From NCBI GenBank assembly GCA_047495785.1, contig JBLDXI010000054.1, positions 1,240,001 through 1,304,000 of the forward strand: a stretch of 64,000 nucleotides of DNA, read 5' to 3'. Shown in pieces: positions 49,698 through 63,024 of the stretch. Every line of letters begins with the position of its first letter. Position 1 is the stretch's first letter. A program made the position numbers and the translations under genes. Source of the DNA: Lepidodermella squamata. Lineage: Eukaryota; Animalia; Gastrotricha. Below the pieces are notes generated by a model. The model saw only the letters and a list, made by a program, of their open reading frames with translations, ran no database searches and was not told where the DNA came from.

Positions 49698-52600
49698 TCA
49701 TTTGGAATCACAATTACTCGAAGGATTAATCGTCAGCTGGCGACTACTAGTGGTCATCGGGTTGATGAATTCTGTGCCTTGCAGTGGAGCTGTTACCGAT
49801 GGCTTCCTCAATTTCGGAACAAAAAGCATGCTAATATTCAGTATAATGCATGACATAAGGATAACTGATAAAGCAATGCGTTGATAGGAGCTTTCTTTGA
49901 AAATAGCCCCAGCAATGATGGCGCCACATGCTAGAAGCATTACAACACCATAGAAGCAAGATGCCGTTACCTTTGAATCACCAATTTTCGAAGTTTTCTG
50001 AAATTAAACAAATTAAAAGAATGAACGAGCCACACAAGAATCGACTTACAGATCTGAGATAGTAGGCTAGAATGCATCCCCTCAAAACAATCAGCAAATT
50101 TAGCAAAATGATAGCCGCGATGGCTGCTTGAGAAATCAGTGTAGAGCCGATAAGAATGCTGAATTTCACGGTTACTTTTCTAACATCATCTTCGTCTGAA
50201 TCGCTACGATCCTCAGTGATAAACACATCAGGTAGAGATAACGCATACCATATTCCTAACGTCAATGTGACGAGTGTGATTAATGCGGCTCCGCTGCAAA
50301 AAATGACGATCCTCTTGTTCGAATTCATGGTTTGCAATCCTATGTTCGCTTGTGTGCGTAGGGACGAATTCATTCGTCTTGAAACTCTGCTGTTATCTGA
50401 TAACTCAAAGCGAACAACAGCTTTTTTCGCGGTCAGGGCAGCAAGTTCCAACTTTGCAGCCATGCCGAACAACACGCATGTAACCCCAAGAAATAGCAAT
50501 CCGTATGCTACTATTGATAATGCTCGAAAGTTGGAATCGAAGTCCATAGGCTGCAGTAAAATGAAGAAAATAAGGAGAAGATTCCCTATGAGGATTAATC
50601 TCCCCAGTTCATGGACCGATTTTGCAACCTTATCATTCTTCTTCCGAGAAATTTCAAGCCATGCGAAGATGATAATGCAAGCCCCTGCTAGGAGAGCCGC
50701 AATAATCGTGATTGGTATGAACGCAGATGGTTCCAGAAGAGGTGCAGCCGTTTTCACAACTGGTACCTCGTCCGATGGGGCTTTTCCACTCGAAGATCGC
50801 CAAATCAAAGTCCCCAATTCACAGTTGAGAATTCGATTTGCCGAATAATAGACACATATTGGGTTTGAAGTAACCTTCTTACTTATAGGATCTCTCCTAT
50901 ATTGAGTGATGCCCAGAATGAGATTTCCGCCGCTGTTCAGCGTTGTATTTCTCTCGAATCTAATATCGCCCATCTTCAATCTAATTCGAGTTGAGAAAAG
51001 CGCATCTTTCAGAGCTTCAACAATCGCCGACCCGTTGCGCTTGAAGAATTCTCCGCTGGTAACCCACTGTGAAAGTGACTTATTACCTATGAACAAAAAA
51101 TATGACATGCATCTCCTAATTATGAAGTGTGTCAGAAACAATGTAGGATTAGGAGCTTCTACTCCAAAATTGAGCTGATTTGAGTTATTCAGGTCCTTTG
51201 GGCTATTCGGACGAATGTTCAGTAAGCAGAAGGAATAGACTTACTCAGAAATAAACTACCCGAATGGTGGCAGGAAGTTATGCGGAGAGACGACCTGCAT
51301 ACTGTGAAATTTTCGTTACCTGAGAGTGGTCTTGGGACTAATAGTAGATGGACTCGACACTTCCTATATAACGCATAAAAAATCGTTCGGGGAGACCGGA
51401 GAGGCAAAAAACGTGGGAATTGATCGCGTGTTGTTTTGATCGCAGAAAAAAATGGCCGATTAACAATAAATTCAACCGCAAAACCAGCATCTCACCATTA
51501 CGCGAATTTTATGTCGTCGATTTTACGCTGGGAACATGTTTACTCCAGAACAACACACCTTTTTCTTGAATTAATTGAACCATCGCATAGATCATAGTTC
51601 GAGGATCGCAGCGATGAAAAATTTATCGGCTATATAACTTTAGAAGCCAGTGCAATTTCGCTTTGATTATAAGCTACCGTGATCAGGCCTGCGCCTTGTG
51701 CGCATAATTTATAAGGCTGATCAATGATATTTTCACTGACTTTTGGGATGAAAATTCACAAAATAAGGGTTGTTCATCAGACTCATTGGCCGATAACAAT
51801 AGAATGTTAGGCTTCGCAGTTCACGCAGTGAATTTAATATTAAACGATTCCCCATAATTCCATAGGTATATCAATTTACCATGCTAATTGGCATTTTGCT
51901 TGCATTTTGGCATTATTGCATTTTTAAACAAGTCAATGGCTAATATGGTAGAAATCGTAAGATCTAAAAGGGCATTTGATCGGAGGCCTATTGACATTAT
52001 GTTCCGCTTTCGATTACATCTCAACTATTTTAAAACAAATGAATCAAATAATGGGGAAAGGTATGGATAAAAATATCTCAGTCAATATTCAAACGAAAGG
52101 ATGCTAGTATGTTTACAAAAGTTAAATTAAAGTTATATTTTACCTGTTGCTAAATATTCCGCAAACTTTATTCCGAAATCAAGTGGAACCAACCTCTAGT
52201 CCTAACGATCCTAACGCTAACTTTCGCTACTGAAAAATTGGCTAGAAAAGCGAAACCCAAATTTAAATGGTGTGAAAATAGTTAGGATTACACGGAACCT
52301 TTTTATCAATGCGCCGAAAAAATTTAGCGCAATTCCTTGCAAATTTAGCGATAATTACTCCCATATTCAGTTGTTCTTCTGAATAATGAAAAATAATTTC
52401 TTATTTAGGAAGTTGAGATTCAATTATTAATTTGTTTAATAATATTTTATTTTTTGGCATCGCCGCATGCGTCTTGAGTTGCTCTTCTTGAATCTTCAAG
52501 AATTATTTTCATATCGCTTATACCTGCGGAGAAATCGTGACCCCATTGCCCAAGATCGGCAATTCTTCGCCGCTTAATAGAAGAAGGCTGCGTGTTGTTG

Positions 52601-54135
52601 TAAAAAAAGATTATTTTCATTCATAAATTTAGCGTGGAAAAAAATCGCGATTCAGCCATTTTTTGCTCCCGTCCGAATGATTTTGAGGAGTGTCGAGTCC
52701 ATCTACTATTAGTCCCAAGAGAGTGGTGGGAAGATGTGACACGTTGTTCAAAGGATCCTCGCTGATTAAGGCGGACTTGAATTTCAATTGAAATTAGTTT
52801 TAACTCTCTAACGCTTAATCATTTGAATTAGTTGGGCAGGTTGCAAAAGACTAATTCCAGGTGCAATATTAAATGTCGATAAAATAATTACGGCGGTAAT
52901 TAAGCAATAACTAGTGCCTAATCTTCGTATTACCTAAATCACATACCCTTTTTTAAAAAGGATTCGGTCTTGTTTAGCATAAATGCAGCAACCATGGTGT
53001 TATCGTAGCAAAAGTGTCTTGTATGAGTGAACGACGTGTAGCTTTCAGGGTCTTCTATTCTTGAAGCAAACCAATCATCCACATCCTTTCCAGTGTTGCC
53101 AAAAGAGTCAACGTCATTGCCGAGACCCAACGACATCAGGCTAGCATACCCAAAAGCTATGACACTCTCGAGAACTTCCTCCAGCATTTTCTCAGTGCAC
53201 CAGTCAGTGAAGCGGAAAGGATCGTTCGGAGAAAAAAGAGTAGATGTTAGGGTTAAAATTACGATGTTCGGACCAAAGAGTTTGTATCTATATAGGAAAC
53301 AAGCTTCTCGAGAAGGTGTTACGGCGTTAATAATGATGACTCGAGGATTCACCTTCTTCAAGTCTGAAACAGCCTGATTTAAATGTTGGGGCTCGGGTAA
53401 AGTACTGAGAATGTAAGGAATTTTGAATACTCCGAGCACTTTCGAGCCATTATTCCTTTCGAAATTATCGATGAATTCGGTCTCAATCTGACCGTAGAAG
53501 TCAGTGGCTTCTGATAAAATCGCCACTTTCTGCCATTTCATCAGATCAAGAAATTTCAGAAGTGCACTATAGGCTTCATTTAGGCGGGGGTAGTTGACAA
53601 AATAGTTTGGATAGCGCGATCTTTGAGTATGAGGCTCGCTTTGTACAGTTTCCATGGTTACACCAACAAAATTAAAGTGTTGGATGATTTGACCTGTATG
53701 GTAGGCTGCCGTACTGAATGAACCAAGAGTCAAGGGGAGTCGATCAGTGACTGCGTTTAGATGAAGTTGAGACACAATTTTAACCACTCCGACTGGTCTC
53801 GAAAACTGTAATCGAACATTTTCAATATGAACAATAAATTAATGACTCACCCAATCATCGATGACTTCTACGGCTAGTTCATAGCCAGGTAGCATGTTCA
53901 ACTTTTTAACGCTATCCAGAACAAATCTGATGGCTTCGGTACAAATCGGCCCGAAGGGCAGAATTGGGCCTCCGTAGTTGTAAGACGCCATTATACTGAC
54001 GACCTTGCGGCTCGTATCGTTTGGGTTGTATGTTGATGAGAAAATTCTCGGCTCTAGAGGAGCTGATTTGGGTATCTTAGCTATTGAAGCTCCCGAAATT
54101 GAGATGAAGATTAACATAGAAGGAATAATGCTCAT
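49698..54135 (-). CDS. Receptor G10: GABA-B-like class C GPCR with second intron expanded to about 1.85 kb
   Basis: ORFs 53839..54135, 52939..53787, 49978..51141 and 49698..49940. Splice sites at both ends of the large intron are retained. Confidence 0.85.
51331..52719. mobile_element. Non-autonomous DNA transposon (1,389 bp), 31-bp TIR and 8-bp TSD (P- or hAT-like), in a G10 intron
   Basis: TIR CTTGGGACTAATAGTAGATGGACTCGACACT at 51331-51361 and its inverse at 52689-52719. TSD AGAGTGGT at 51323-51330 and 52720-52727. No transposase ORF. Confidence 0.92.
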
Positions 54136-54971
54136 GGTGAAGATATTCTTGAGTGAATTAAATCACGAATGCGGGTAAAATTTAGAAAAATTTATACAGT
54201 GCAGCTGCATCCTGAACAGCCGACCTTATTATCGCAAAAAATGCTTTCAGCGTCTTTGTTTCCGCAGCGCCCCACGTAATTTTTAAAGCCATGTCGGAGG
54301 TTTTCAGCTTGTTATAGTCCACCTTCGTATCGGTTATTCACTATAAACTGTCATTGGACTAGGTCAATACCGGCTATTATGAGGCAATTTGAAACATGGA
54401 GACACATTTTCATTCAATCAGATAGCAACCCGGCCGAAGGCAATGAAATCTCCAACTTGGTAAGCACTAGCGGTTTTTTCACCCAGAGGCGGAACACGTC
54501 GTCCACCACACGACGCTAAACATAAAAATATCGGGATATTCCTAACATTTCCAGCCGCTTAATGAGTCTACATCTACTTAATGCGTAGGGGCGATTGGCA
54601 TTATGCAAGTATCAATTACTCCAACGATCTAAAACATTCAAATTCAGTCACGTTTTTATTGCGAATTACGACTCAATACCATTGAATCCTCGCCGAGTTA
54701 ATGATGCTTTTCAGACAGTTGCACGGTTGACATATTTTGCGTAATTTTTTTATTGATAAATTCAACAACAACAAATAGGGGTGTTGTTCAATGCGACATC
54801 ACGTTTTAATCATTCATTCTCTCGGGAACATTTTCATGCTAGGAATTATCAATAAATTTGGAAAATTGAGGAGCTAATAGGTGGGAGATTTTAGAATTAC
54901 TGAACTTTAGACAAATAAAGCTTTACTAAAAGATAGCATACTTGCAGAAAGATAAATGAGGGAGAATATAA

Positions 54972-57579
54972 CTAAGAATCAACATTACTCGAAGAGGTCG
55001 TGTTTAGCTGTCGACCACTGGTCATCGGATTGATGAATTCTGTGCCTTGATGTCGAACTGTGGCAGGTGGCTTCCTCAATTTCGGAACAAAAAGCATGCT
55101 GATATTCAGTATAATGCATGACATAAGGATAACTGATAAAGCAATGCGTTGATAGGAGCTCTCTTTGAAAATAGCCCCAGCAATGATGGCGCCACATGCT
55201 AGAAGCATCACAACGCCATAGAAGCAAGATGCCGTTACCTTTGAATCACCAATTTTCGAAGTTTTCTGTAATAAAACAAGGTAAAAAAAATCGACCGGCC
55301 ACACAAGAATCGACTTACAGATCTGAGATAGTAGGCTAGAATGCACCCCCTCAGAACAATCAGCAAATCTAGCACACTGATAGCCACGATGACAACTTGA
55401 GAGATCAGAGAAGATCCGATAAGAATGCTGTATTTAACGATAACAATTTGGACGGCATCGTCATTTGAATCGCCTCGCTCCTCAGTGATCAATACGCCAG
55501 GTGGAGATATCGCAAACCAAATTCCTAACAACAATGTGACCAGGGTGATCAATGCGGCTCCGCTGCAAATTATGATGATCTTCATATTACCAAAACCTAT
55601 CTTCGCTGGTGTGCGTGAGGACGAATTCGTTCGTCTTGAAAATCTGCTGTTATTCGATAACTCAGGGCGAACAACGGCATTATTTACGGTTAGAGCAGCT
55701 AGTTCCAATTTCGCTACCATTCCGAATAAGACGCAAGTAACACCAAGAAATAGCAACCCATATGCTACTATTGATAATGCTCGAAATTTCGAATCGAAGT
55801 CTATAGGCTGAAGTAAAATGAAGCAAATCAGGAGAAGATTCCCTATCAGGATTAATCTTCCCATTTCGTGGGCTGATATGGCAACCTTATCATTCCTCTT
55901 CCGAACAATTTCAAGCCATGCGAAGATGATAATGCAAGCCACTGCTAGGAGAGCTGTGATGGTTGTAATTGGTATGAACGCAGATGGCTCCAAGAGAGGC
56001 GCATCTATTTTCTGGACGAAAACCTCGTCCAGTGGAGCCTTTCCATTTGAAGTTCGCCAAATCAACTGTCCCAATCCACAGCTGAGAATTCGATTTGTCG
56101 AGTAATATATGCATATCGGGTAAGAAGTAACTTTCTTACTGATAGGGTCCCTTCTGTACTGAGTTATACCTTGAATTGGATTACCACCGCTATTCAGAGT
56201 TGTATTTCTCTCGAACCCAATGTCACCAATCTTCAATCTCAGTCGAGTTGAGAAAAGCGCATCTTTCAGGGCTTCAACAATCGTCGACCCGTTACGCTTG
56301 AAGAATTCTCCGCTGGTAACCCACTGTGAAAGTGATTGATTACCTACAAAACAAAAAGAATTAGATCGTGTATTCTTAACACATTATTTTACCGTTTTTC
56401 AAAAGATTTGCTGTTTTATCGAGAATAAAAGCAGCAACCATGGTGTTATCATAACAATAATGTCTCCCATGAGTGAATGTCATAACGCTCTCCGGCTTTT
56501 CGATCCTTGATAGCCAAGAGTCAAAGTCTGTCCCAGTGTTACCAAAAGAATCCACGTCACTGCCGAGACCCAGAGACATCAGGCTTGTGTACCCAAAACC
56601 TATAACACTCCGGAGAACTTCCTCCAGCATACTCTCAGTGCACCAATCAATGAAGCGGAAAGGATCATTTGGAACAAAAACAGTCGATGTCAGGGCGAAA
56701 ATTACGATATTCGGACCAAAGAGCTTGTATCTATGCAAAAAACAAGCCGCTCGAGAAGTAGTTACAGCATTGAGGATGATAATTCTCGGATTCACTTTCT
56801 TCAAGTCCGAAACAGCCTGGTCAACATGTTGAGGCTCGGCTAAGATACCAGGAATGTTCGGAATTTTGAAAACTCCCAGTACTTTTGAACCATTACTTTT
56901 TTCGAAATTTTGAATGAATTCAGTCTCAACCTGAGCGAAATAGTCACTGCCTTCTGATAAAAAAGCCACCTTGCGCCATTTCATCAGATCAAGAAATTTG
57001 AGAAGTGCATTGTAACTTGTACTCAGCTGAGGGTAAAGGACAAAGTAGTTGCGATAGCGGGATCTTAGAGCTTGGGGCTCATTCTGAATAGTCGTCATAG
57101 TGACACCGACAAAATTAAAGTGTTGCAGGATTTGTCCTGTGTAGTAGTTGGCTGTGCTGAATGAACCCAGAGTCAAGGGGAGTCGATCTGTGATTGCGTC
57201 ATTCAGCTGAAGTTGTGATACAACTTTGACAACTCCAACTGGCCTTGAAAGCTACACCAACAAATATTTCGTAAGAGATAATAGATTGATGACTCACCCA
57301 ATCATCGATGACGTCAACAGCTAGTTCGTATCCAGGTAGCAAGTTAATTTTCTTAACGCTATCAAGAACTAGTCGGATCGCCTCTGTACAGGTGGGTCCG
57401 AGAGGTTGAATCGGGCCCCCGTAGTTGTAAGACGCCATTATACTGACGACCTTGCGGCTCGTATCGTTTGGGTTGTAGGTTGATGAGAAAATTCTCGGCT
57501 CAAGGGGTGCTGACATCGGTATCTTGGCTAACGCTGCTCCCGCACCTGAGATGAAGATTACAAACATGCAAGTTCTCAT
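54972..57579 (-). CDS. Receptor G11: GABA-B-like class C GPCR, apparently intact, closest to G10
   Basis: ORFs 57199..57609, 56376..57176, 55235..56236 and 54972..55346. Confidence 0.86.
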
Positions 57580-58729
57580 GTTTAATGTAAAAAGAAGATG
57601 ATTGTTCAAAAATTACACTGAAGTGACACTGAAGTTTGCAAAACCTAGCAGAGTTTTCGACGCCCTCTTTTCCGCAACGCCCCTCAAAATGTTTCGGTTA
57701 ATGTCTGCTAATAACGTCGCCTTTGTCCACGTATTATTCTTAACCTGCAAGTAGACAAGCTGCACTGTTCTCTCAAACGGTACAAAATCTGTGTGATTTC
57801 CTCTTCTCTATTTGGCTGCACTTTCGAATACCTCCGAAAATATTACTAGCAGTCGATCACTCATAAAAAACACCTACAACGATCACCGATATATGTTGAC
57901 GTGTTCTTAAAAACAGATATTAGGTCTAGACAACCGGATGTAGACAGCAGACAACATAATGCATACTCGCTTTTCATCTCGAATCGTGTGACCCTCATGG
58001 CTCAAGACAGCATTTCAAAAGTGACACGAGAACATCCACAATGCTTTTTTTGGCGTCGAAGTTCGCCACGTGTAGCACCTAACCCAAGCCATATTGAGTT
58101 TTGAGTTGAACAAATCACACATTTTCCGTATTTTTACGATTTCCTTCGTCTTTCATCGTTGATCTATAGAGTATAGAGCAATATACTTCTTATGAATTGC
58201 TTGCAAACAATTTCGATAAGATATCGGGTGATCTAAACAGATATTTAGATATTTAGAATTTATAGCTGACAGTTTTAAATGAACAATTTGGTTTCTACTA
58301 AAAAACAAGCGCATCATTATTTTCAAACGATGGACTTGGACTGACCCCTGACCCATTATACTTTCTCTGCCTCTCCTCTGAACCTGCAAAAGCCTACCCA
58401 CAAAATACAGTTCAGGTTTTAGCTTTTAAAATAGCGATATCAGCAGTTCGGGTCTGGGCATACTAAACATTCTTGATCGGCCGAATTGAGTCTAATTGCC
58501 CTAGAAACGAATCTTTTCGATCTTTCAACAGCGTTAGCAATTTTAGCAATATTAGTTTACATCATTCAGAAAATTGAGAATAGACATTTGAACGCACGAC
58601 TTTTTTCATCAAGGCGACGTCGCGGATATAAATAATCGACCACTCAACATTTTCAATTTCTCGAACTTCGGAATGTTTTCTTAGATAATTCACAAGATAT
58701 AATTTTATCAGTTAACATCAGTTTAAAGT

Positions 58730-61700
58730 TCAAAACTTAGATAAAACCGACCCATTATTGTGACTAATTACTGACAAATTCATATCCATTCGCTCGTTGT
58801 GCTGTTCGGTACGTTTGCGGAACTACAAATTAAGAATTACAAAATTATTGCGAAAAAACCTATTTTGAAGCTCACCTTAACAGCGAGAATGAGGCCAAAG
58901 TTTAGAGCCACGCAAGACAAGCCCATCATGGATATTGCCAGACGTTGGAGAGAAGGATCCTTCAAAAGAACCCCGCCTGTCACTGCGCCACAAATAAGCA
59001 GCAATACAGTGCCGTAGAAGCATTTTGCGACTAGTTGCAAATCGTTTACAACGGCCAACGTTTTCTGTATCAAGTTACAATTGGACTCAATGATAGATAA
59101 CGGGCTGAGAGAACCTCAACTTACCGATCTTAACGCGTAGCACAAGAAGGCTCCCCGCAAGATTATTAAAACGTTGATGGCAATTAGTATGATGATTACA
59201 ATACGAGAAATAATCGTCGATCCCATCGCACAGCTGAACGTTACATGGCGATATGCGATCGAGTCATCTATGGTTGATTCAACAACGGAGCTGTAGGCTT
59301 TCGAAACCGAAATAGGATCCATTACGAACCAAATCAAGAGCAATATTACGACAAGAATGATTATGCTAATCAACAGAGCTCGAAGTAACTTGACAATAGA
59401 AGGGAAGTTCACGCGATTGTGATGACTTTTAGATTTTTCGCTTTGTATTGAGGAGGATTTCCCAACTACGTCATGAAACGCATGTCTGTCCGGCCTGGAT
59501 TTTTTCAGGGAGCAGAACGTATTCCGTGATCGTCTATGATGGCTCCGACTTGTGATGACGGTGACAATACGGTAGGCTAACTGAAGCTTTGAAGCCATTC
59601 CGGACAGGATGCATGTTATGCCTAGGAAGAGGAAGCCGTAGGCTGTCATACACAGCTTATGCATTTCAGGGCTGAATTCCGGCATTTGAACTAGGCTGAA
59701 CAATATTATTAGTACATCTCCGAGCACGACAAAAAAGTTGAGTGTCGGAACTGAATTTTTGACAGCAGTCGACTCTCTTCTCAGGATGAGGACAAATACA
59801 GCGGAAAATAGCAGCAAAAGTTCGAGACTAGCTAGAATCGTAACTGCAATAAAGGCCCCTCCACTAAGAGGCGGATTTAGGACGGAAATAACTCGAACAG
59901 AATCGATGGGAGCATTCCCGCTGGCTGTTTTCCAAATCATTTTAGCAGGTCCGAACCTAACTCGTTGAGTTTTGGTCTCGAACTCCCCGATACTTGCTAA
60001 CTCGTAAATTGACGATCTTGAAGGGAGCTGGTACTGGAAGAATCCGAAAGCGATGTTTCCACCTGTATTGCGAGTAGTGGAGCTTTGAAATGCATTATCC
60101 CCAGCTTTACCGACTACGTCAGTGGAGAAGAGAGCGTTCTTCAAAATATCAACAATTTGAGATCCATTGTTTTTGAATCTCTCGGCATTCGTAGTCCAAT
60201 CCCCAAGGGTTTGATTGTGCTTTCTGAGGCGTGTTTCTGTTTCATTCAGGACAAAAGCAGAAAGGAGGACGCTGTCGTAGCAACGATTTCGTGATGACCA
60301 ACCTATAGTGAATTGGGGACTTTCAATTGTTGATTGTAGCATATTATCGAAATCTATCCCAGAGTTGTTCAAAGAGTCTCTGTCTGTTTCGCGGCCAATC
60401 GTCATAGTATTGGCTGGGCCGTAGGAGATTACATTAGGAAGCATCTCTCGTATCATTTTTTCAGTACACCACTCCGAGAACCGCAGGGGGTCATTTTGAA
60501 TCGGAGGCGGAAGACCTGTGACGATGACGTAATTCGGCCCGTACAATCCATAACGGTGCATCCAGCACATGATTCTCGCAGGCCAAATCCAGCCGATGAC
60601 AATGATACGTGGGTTGGACCGCGCCATTTCCTCGACAGCGCCCCTTACATGTTCTGACTCTGGCGGAAGTTGAGCGTTGGCGAGGGGGATCTTGAAAACT
60701 GATACGTTCGTACTGTAAGTGCCGTCCATTAGTTTGACGAACTCTTGCTCGAGCTTATTTTGGAAGTCACCCATTTCCGATATGTACGCAATACGTTTCC
60801 AGTTCATACGAGCCATGAACTCTCCGAGAGCCTGGTAAATTTCGATATTGGACAAGTTCAGGACGAATATATTGCGAAATCTCCGCCGTTCCCAATGAAT
60901 CTCGTCGGTTGAGGTGGAAGAAGTTATCTTCAACGAAGTTAAAAAGAAGAGATGTCCACATGCAAGGAGCCCATCAAACTCATGAGACGTACCAGGACGC
61001 AGCGGCTTCGAAGCTCCCGTTATCCGGGTTTGCGTAAAAAATCACGTGATGTGTTTAGCATAAGTGTGCATAATAATTACTTTCGATGGCAAATTTTTTA
61101 TTGAATATAAAATTAATTTGCCATCGATAATAAAAATTATAATTGAAAACAAAATAACCGATCTTTTCGCGACCCCGCCGTTTTCTTTAAGATCGAGATC
61201 TTCAGGCCACTGCAAAAAACTGATCTTTGCGTAAATACGTGATTTTCATGAATGAGATTTTTTGCTGGTCGCAGAAGAAAAATCACGATCGCTGCTAATG
61301 AGGTTATTTTTAGCCACAACGACCTTTGGACCTTATTAAAAAATAACACAAAAATCAGGCATCTAAATCGAAGCGCCGCGTCCTGGTACGTCTCATGATC
61401 AAACTTACCCCGATAAAGTTGTAGCTTGGCAAGGCCTGTCCGTTGAAAAAATGAGCTGCGCAAACTGAATGAAGGCTCAAAGGGAAGCGGTCTTTGACGA
61501 TTTCATTTCGGGACATCTCCGCAAAGAAGCCTTTGATACCAGGGGCTCTACTGCACTGAAAGAAGGCAAAGGAGGAAATTAGTCGTCTGAGATTGTTATC
61601 TGACTTTTAGCCTTACCACATCATCGATCGGATCGACAACCAATTCATATCCTGGCAGCAAGTTCGGCATCCGTTTGATGCTATCTAGAGCGTATTTCAT

Positions 61701-61904
61701 GCCTTGTGTACATATTGGTCCAGATGGTAGGACAGCACCGCCGTAATTAATTACCGCTAGCAAGCTTAAGACCTTTCGGTTTGAATCGTTAGCGTTGAAA
61801 GAAGATGATACAACTCTACTGGGCATTGGTTGATTCATTCCCAGCTTTTGAGCTGGAACTCGGAGCAAGAAAGCTAGGAATAGCCATGCGGAAAGTCTTT
61901 TCAT
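58730..61904 (-). CDS. Receptor G12: GABA-B-like class C GPCR, apparently intact, with a MITE in intron 2
   Basis: Exon 1 MKRLSAWLF..GPICTQG..IDDV, exon 2 CSRAPG..GQALPSYNFIG, long exon ORF 59116..60933, TM6-7 exon ORF 58837..59073, last exon FRKRTE..LSKF*. Confidence 0.83.
60981..61397. mobile_element. P-element-like MITE (417 bp) in a G12 intron
   Basis: 20-bp perfect TIR CATGAGACGTACCAGGACGC. 8-bp TSD ATCAAACT at 60973-60980 and 61398-61405. Internal hairpin tcgatggcaaatt..aatttgccatcga near 61083-61127. Confidence 0.9.
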
Positions 61905-63024
61905 GGTTTGAATTAATAGCAATTCGCAAAAATGAAATGATACGCTTTGACTGATATAAAATATCCCAAAAGTCTGTCTTGTCGGTTGTTGGAGTGTTCA
62001 GATTTCAACTTCCGCTACTCAAAGCAAGAAGGCGTAACAGATATGTGAATCAGCGCGCTGTCAAAGTTTAATTCAAAGGAAAAGTCCCAGGAGATTCACC
62101 CAAGGAAAAGTCAGTGATATGAAAGCATTCGCAACTTGATAACATTTCAAAGGGTCTGAAGCTGTGAATCACTGTGAAGTGCAACAACGTATAGACACGA
62201 AAGGGCAGTACTTATCGAACAGCTTTAAAAAAGGTTTTGTATGAGGATACAATTTTTTGAGAAATCTACGCGTCTGTACTATATCGACATCCGCATGGTG
62301 TAAATATGATCTTGTCTGAAGCTTAATAATATCTTGACCTAGCATAAAATATTTGCTTTCACACATAAAATAATAATTTTTATAGAATGATTAAAGCTCA
62401 AAAACATCGGTTACAAGTGACGAATCCTATTCTAACTTTAATAGACTATAGACTATAGACTACTTAAACGAAAGGCCAAGGCCTAGACAACACATTGAAT
62501 GGGCTTCGCAAAGTCAAGTTTTCGATTTTGGGGTCAGTAAAATAGTCACTGTTTGGTTCGTTAGAAATTTGAAGTTTCGCCAGATTTCATCGCATCACTC
62601 TTTCAAATGTTATAAAGGCTTTATTGCTGGTGCATCAATGTAGGATGGTTCAACTCCCACCGCATAATGAAAAAATACCCCAATTTTTCTCGCATACAGA
62701 GCCTACACCTACATACATGTATGGACATGTCTAACAATGCATCAAATGTCTAACTTTTTCGAAGGACAAAATCAAAAGTGAACACTGAGAGAACCAGGAA
62801 ACAAACATGCATAATAAGTCATTTTTTGTCCACATAGCCGGATGTCGGAGCATTGAGTTAGATGCCCGCACGTTTGAGATCATAGGAAAGCTATTTCACA
62901 TTAGAAATTAGCTGTTAGCTGCCGCTATATTGAATAAAATCGACTACTAACTGTATGAGCAATCTACGCATTCGAATTAATTATAAACATTAACGTTCAA
63001 TTTCCACTTTGAGGAGCAATAGCC

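Noticed and set aside
50156-50848. Antisense ORFs over receptor exons (230 aa here and many shorter ones elsewhere)
   Set aside because: Shadow frames of the real coding strand, repeated only because the paralogs are similar.
60900-61470. Apparent frameshift or exon disruption in G12
   Set aside because: Resolved as a normal intron (GTAAGT..GAAG) containing a MITE, so the frame is intact.
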